Positions 60,730 through 64,000 of a stretch of 64,000 nucleotides of DNA are shown in pieces. Under the pieces are notes generated by a model. That model did not search any database. It had not been told where the DNA came from and saw only the letters and a program-made list of their open reading frames with translations. Source of the stretch: Candidatus Latescibacterota bacterium (lineage in GTDB: Bacteria; Latescibacterota; UBA2968; GCA-2709665); assembly GCA_965222075.1 (NCBI GenBank), contig OZ244937.1, positions 1,184,001 through 1,248,000 of the forward strand, written 5' to 3'. The position numbers and the translations under genes are program-made. Position 1 is the first letter of the stretch. Each line of letters opens with the position of its first letter.

Positions 60730-63700
60730 CCCTTTCCCATGTGGCCGTGCGCAGGCCGGTGACCACGGCCATGTTCTTTACCGCCCTGGCCCTTCTGGGG
60801 ATGATTTCCTGGACCAGGCTGCCCGTGCAGCTCTTTCCGGAGGTCATCTACCCGATGGTCCACGTGAGCCTGACCCTGCCGGGGGCCTCGCCCGAGCAGA
60901 TCGAACGGGATCTGCTGGTGCCCACCGAGGGGGAGATCGGGAAATTAGAGGGTATCCAGGATATCGATTCTTTCGCCCTGACCAATTCCGGGGGCATCCA
61001 GGTGTCGTACGATCCGGATGTGGATATGAAGTTTGCGATCCTGCAGCTGGAAAGCCGGATCAGCCAGCTCCAGCCCCTCTACCCGGAACGCGCCCGGGCG
61101 AGGGTGCAGCGGTTCGATTCCTCCGATCTGAGTTCGTCCGTTATGCAGCTTCACGTGCTGGGGGAAGGGGACCTGAACTGGCTGCGGGACTTTACGGAGG
61201 AGAAGGTCCGGCCCGAACTGGAGGCCGTGGACGGGGTGGTCAACGCCGCGGTGATGGGAGGGCGCCGCCGTGCTGTGGAGGTGATTGTGGACCCCACCCT
61301 CTGCCAGGCCTATCAGGTGACAATGGGCCAGATCCGGTCTCGAATCAATGGGTTTAACCGGCGGCGGGAGTACGTGGGCCGGGTTTACGACGGAGCGCAG
61401 GCCTACGCGGTGAGTCTGCAGGGGCAGTTTACCGACCTGCAGCAGATCCGGAACCTGGTGCTCAAGCCGGAGATCCCGTTGCGGCTGGGGGATGTGGCGG
61501 TGGTGCGCTATGGCCTCCAGGAGCAGACCGACCGGCACCGGGTCAACGGGAAGTCTTCGGTAGGTATCCGCATCCAGAAGGACGATGAGGCCAACCTGAT
61601 CGCCGTTTCCCGGGATGTGGAGGCTGTGGTGGCGCGCCTCAACCTGGAGTTTGCCGATGAGGGGGTCGAGCTGGGGGTCAGTTCCAGCCAGGCGGAATTG
61701 ATGGAGGAGGCCCTGTCCACGCTGAAGCAGGCGGCCGTGGTGGGGGGAGGGCTGGGGCTGTTTGTGCTTTTCCTTTTCCTGCGCAATTTCCGGTTCGTAT
61801 CGGTCCTGCTGCTGGCCATTCCGGTCTCCCTGCTGGTGACCTTTAATCTGATGTACGCCTGGGGCCTCTCCATCAACGTGCTGTCTCTCTGCGGCCTGGC
61901 ATTGGCCGTGGGGATGCTGACGGACAACGGGATTGTGGTGATGGAGAGCATCTTCAAGCACTACGAGCGGGGAAAGTCCCCCATGGACGCCGCCCGGGAC
62001 GGCACCACAGAGGTGGGGCGGGCCGTGGTGGCCGCCACGGCGACCACGGTGACGGTCTTCCTGCCGGTCGTGTTTATCCAAAGCGATGCCCAGGATATCC
62101 TCCGTGAACTGGCCCTCTCGATGACCTTTCCCCTGCTGGTCTCGCTGCTGGTCGCCCTTACCCTGGTGCCTACCCTGGCCGCCCGGACGCTTTCCAGACA
62201 GACCCGCCGCCCGGCCGGAACCGGGCGTTTGATGGAGCGATACACCCTTCTGCTGAAAGCTTGCCTCAGACACCGGGTGGCGGTGGTGGTGGGCGTGTGC
62301 GCTGCCATGGGGGGTACGCTGATCGTTTCCTTCTTTTTTATGCTCCAGCAGGAGGTCCGGGAAGAAGAGACCCGGTTTACGGTCTATATCGACCTCCCCG
62401 AAGGGACCACGCTGGATGCAACCGACGAGGTGGTCAAACAGGTGGAGACGGCCGTTGGGGAGATCGAAGGGCTGGACCGGTTCACAACCAGCGTGCAGGA
62501 GTCGGAGGCCAGCATTACGGTGATGCTTCACCATCGCCTGGAGCGTCCCGGGGAGATTTCACTTGAGGAGATCAAGCAGCAGTTAGAGGAAAAGACGCAG
62601 AATATCCAGGGGGGCGTAATCGGCTACGAACCCAAACCCAGGGCCAGGCGGGGAGGCGGGAGGGGAGGCATCGGCAGGCGCCGCCGGTCGGGCGGTTTTA
62701 ACCTGACGGGGAGCGCGCCGTCGGAACAGGCCGTGGTGCGGGGGTACGATTTTATCACCCTGCAGATGGTTGCCGACGATCTGGTCTTCCGCCTGCAGGA
62801 GCTTGAGGAGATTGACGAAAACAGCGTGCGTGCGGACGCCGAGCGGGGCGCGCCCGAGATCCAGGTGATCCCCGACGATGCGCGGATGTTCGACCGCCGA
62901 CTGGAGATCGAAGCTGTTCTGGCGGGCGTGGGGGATGCCCGGCCGGACGGGTTTCAGACTACGGTGCCTTTTTTGTGGCCCGATGCAACGGAGGTGCCGA
63001 TCGAGGTCCGGAATACGGAAGACCCGCAGAACGCGTCGATCACCTTAGCCGAATTCAGACAAATGCCGCTTCCCACCCAGACGGGGGACTTTGTTCCCTT
63101 AGAAGAGGTGGCCCGGGTGCGCACGGATGAAGGCAGGGGCAGTGTGCTGCGCACCGACCAGTCCCGGCGCGTGATGGTTTCCTACCGGTTTACCGGAGAA
63201 ATCCTGGACTCACAGCCCCGCTTGGATCAGGCCAGGCGGTTGGTCCGGACGCTGGTGTCGGACATGGTGCTGCCCCAAAGCTATACGGTCGAGATTGAAG
63301 AGGCGGAGGCGGATACGATCTACTACTGGATGATGGGCGTGGCGGGGGTGCTGATCTATATGATCCTGGCTTCCCTGTTTGAGTCTTTCTCTTCCCCGCT
63401 GATCATCCTCTGTACGCTGCCTTCTGCGGTGATCGGATCCTGCTGGGCGCTGATCCTCTCCCAGACCGGTCTGAGCCAGCAGGAGGGGCCGATGGCCCTG
63501 CTGGGATTCATCGTGCTGATCGGTATTGCCGTCAACAACGGGATTCTTCTGATCGATGCGGTCGGCACCCTTCGGAGCCGGGACGGGTACCGCCGGGAGC
63601 GGGCCGTGCTTGAGGCCGGGCGATCCCGCGTGCGGCCGATTCTGATGACCTCGGCCACCACGCTTTTGGGCGTTATGCCCCTGGCGTTGAAGTTCGGGGG

Positions 63701-64000
63701 GGATTTTGAGATCTGGCCGCCGTTCGCCATCACCGTGCTTGGAGGGCTTTCGGTCTCGATGCTCTCAACGCTGATCTTTATCCCGGTGGTCTATATGGGG
63801 CTGGATCAGGTCGTGCGGTGGCTTGTGGAGACCGGGGTGCCCGGCGTGGTGCTGGGCACGCTGGTTGGAGGGGCGGCAACATATGGCGTTTACACCCGGT
63901 ACGACAGCCTGTTCTGGACGTGCCTGGTGGCGCTTCCTTTCTGGTTCGCCGCCCTGGGGCTGGTCTGGGCAGGGCTCAGGGTGCACCGCGCACGGGTGGA
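60726..64000 (+). CDS. RND permease subunit 2 with extra C-terminal TM extension; runs off the window (absent from the ORF track)
   Basis: ATGA overlap with the previous stop; MTLSHVAVRRPVTT, GMLTDNGIVVMESI, RVRPILMTS, TLIFIPVVY, then further hydrophobic helices; no stop seen in the segments I translated. Confidence 0.88.
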   Translation, partial: MTLSHVAVRRPVTTAMFFTALALLGMISWTRLPVQLFPEVIYPMVHVSLTLPGASPEQIERDLLVPTEGEIGKLEGIQDIDSFALTNSGGIQVSYDPDVDMKFAILQLESRISQLQPLYPERARARVQRFDSSDLSSSVMQLHVLGEGDLNWLRDFTEEKVRPELEAVDGVVNAAVMGGRRRAVEVIVDPTLCQAYQVTMGQIRSRINGFNRRREYVGRVYDGAQAYAVSLQGQFTDLQQIRNLVLKPEIPLRLGDVAVVRYGLQEQTDRHRVNGKSSVGIRIQKDDEANLIAVSRDVEAVVARLNLEFADEGVELGVSSSQAELMEEALSTLKQAAVVGGGLGLFVLFLFLRNFRFVSVLLLAIPVSLLVTFNLMYAWGLSINVLSLCGLALAVGMLTDNGIVVMESIFKHYERGKSPMDAARDGTTEVGRAVVAATATTVTVFLPVVFIQSDAQDILRELALSMTFPLLVSLLVALTLVPTLAARTLSRQTRRPAGTGRLMERYTLLLKACLRHRVAVVVGVCAAMGGTLIVSFFFMLQQEVREEETRFTVYIDLPEGTTLDATDEVVKQVETAVGEIEGLDRFTTSVQESEASITVMLHHRLERPGEISLEEIKQQLEEKTQNIQGGVIGYEPKPRARRGGGRGGIGRRRRSGGFNLTGSAPSEQAVVRGYDFITLQMVADDLVFRLQELEEIDENSVRADAERGAPEIQVIPDDARMFDRRLEIEAVLAGVGDARPDGFQTTVPFLWPDATEVPIEVRNTEDPQNASITLAEFRQMPLPTQTGDFVPLEEVARVRTDEGRGSVLRTDQSRRVMVSYRFTGEILDSQPRLDQARRLVRTLVSDMVLPQSYTVEIEEAEADTIYYWMMGVAGVLIYMILASLFESFSSPLIILCTLPSAVIGSCWALILSQTGLSQQEGPMALLGFIVLIGIAVNNGILLIDAVGTLRSRDGYRRERAVLEAGRSRVRPILMTSATTLLGVMPLALKFGGDFEIWPPFAITVLGGLSVSMLSTLIFIPVVYMGLDQVVRWLVETGVPGVVLGTLVGGAATYGVYTRYDSLFWTCLVALPFWFAALGLVWAGLRVHRARV

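Noticed and set aside
1-64000. CRISPR array, tRNA, rRNA, integrase
   Set aside because: None seen; the palindromes are dispersed rather than regularly spaced.

Overview
GC-rich bacterial DNA, almost entirely + strand genes. The many PhyH, BHMT-like and Gfo/Idh/MocA genes loosely suggest an uncultured Latescibacteria/Poribacteria-like organism (inference only). Layout: (1) 1-9.2 kb, two-component signalling genes interleaved with a PQQ sugar dehydrogenase and an amidohydrolase/SelA-like pair. (2) 9.3-15.7 kb, an NAD-linked formate dehydrogenase operon whose catalytic subunit is a selenoprotein (in-frame UGA plus fdhF-type SECIS), with a BKACE gene embedded. (3) 15.9-33.5 kb, a catabolic cluster (2 homocysteine S-methyltransferases, enolase-family enzyme, SDRs, LarA, frameshifted DMFase-like gene, 3 PhyH dioxygenases, TRAP transporter). 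(4) About 33.6-48.9 kb, an accessory/defence island (orphan ABC permease, IS982 remnant, PLD-SNF2 helicase, VapBC, N6-adenine MTase, an unknown overlapping 210 aa + 1009 aa gene pair, MNT plus truncated HEPN, DprA-like gene). (5) 49-64 kb, nitrilase, TPP enzyme and a hybrid ABC/RND export operon. The most striking signal is a family of 31-36 nt bulged hairpins (CCTGCCTG...CAGGCAGG), 6 clear copies, all inside coding sequence. Four are clean in-frame insertions, one frameshifts the IS982 remnant, and the copies show compensatory base-pair changes, consistent with a tiny mobile palindromic element that adds peptides to proteins.
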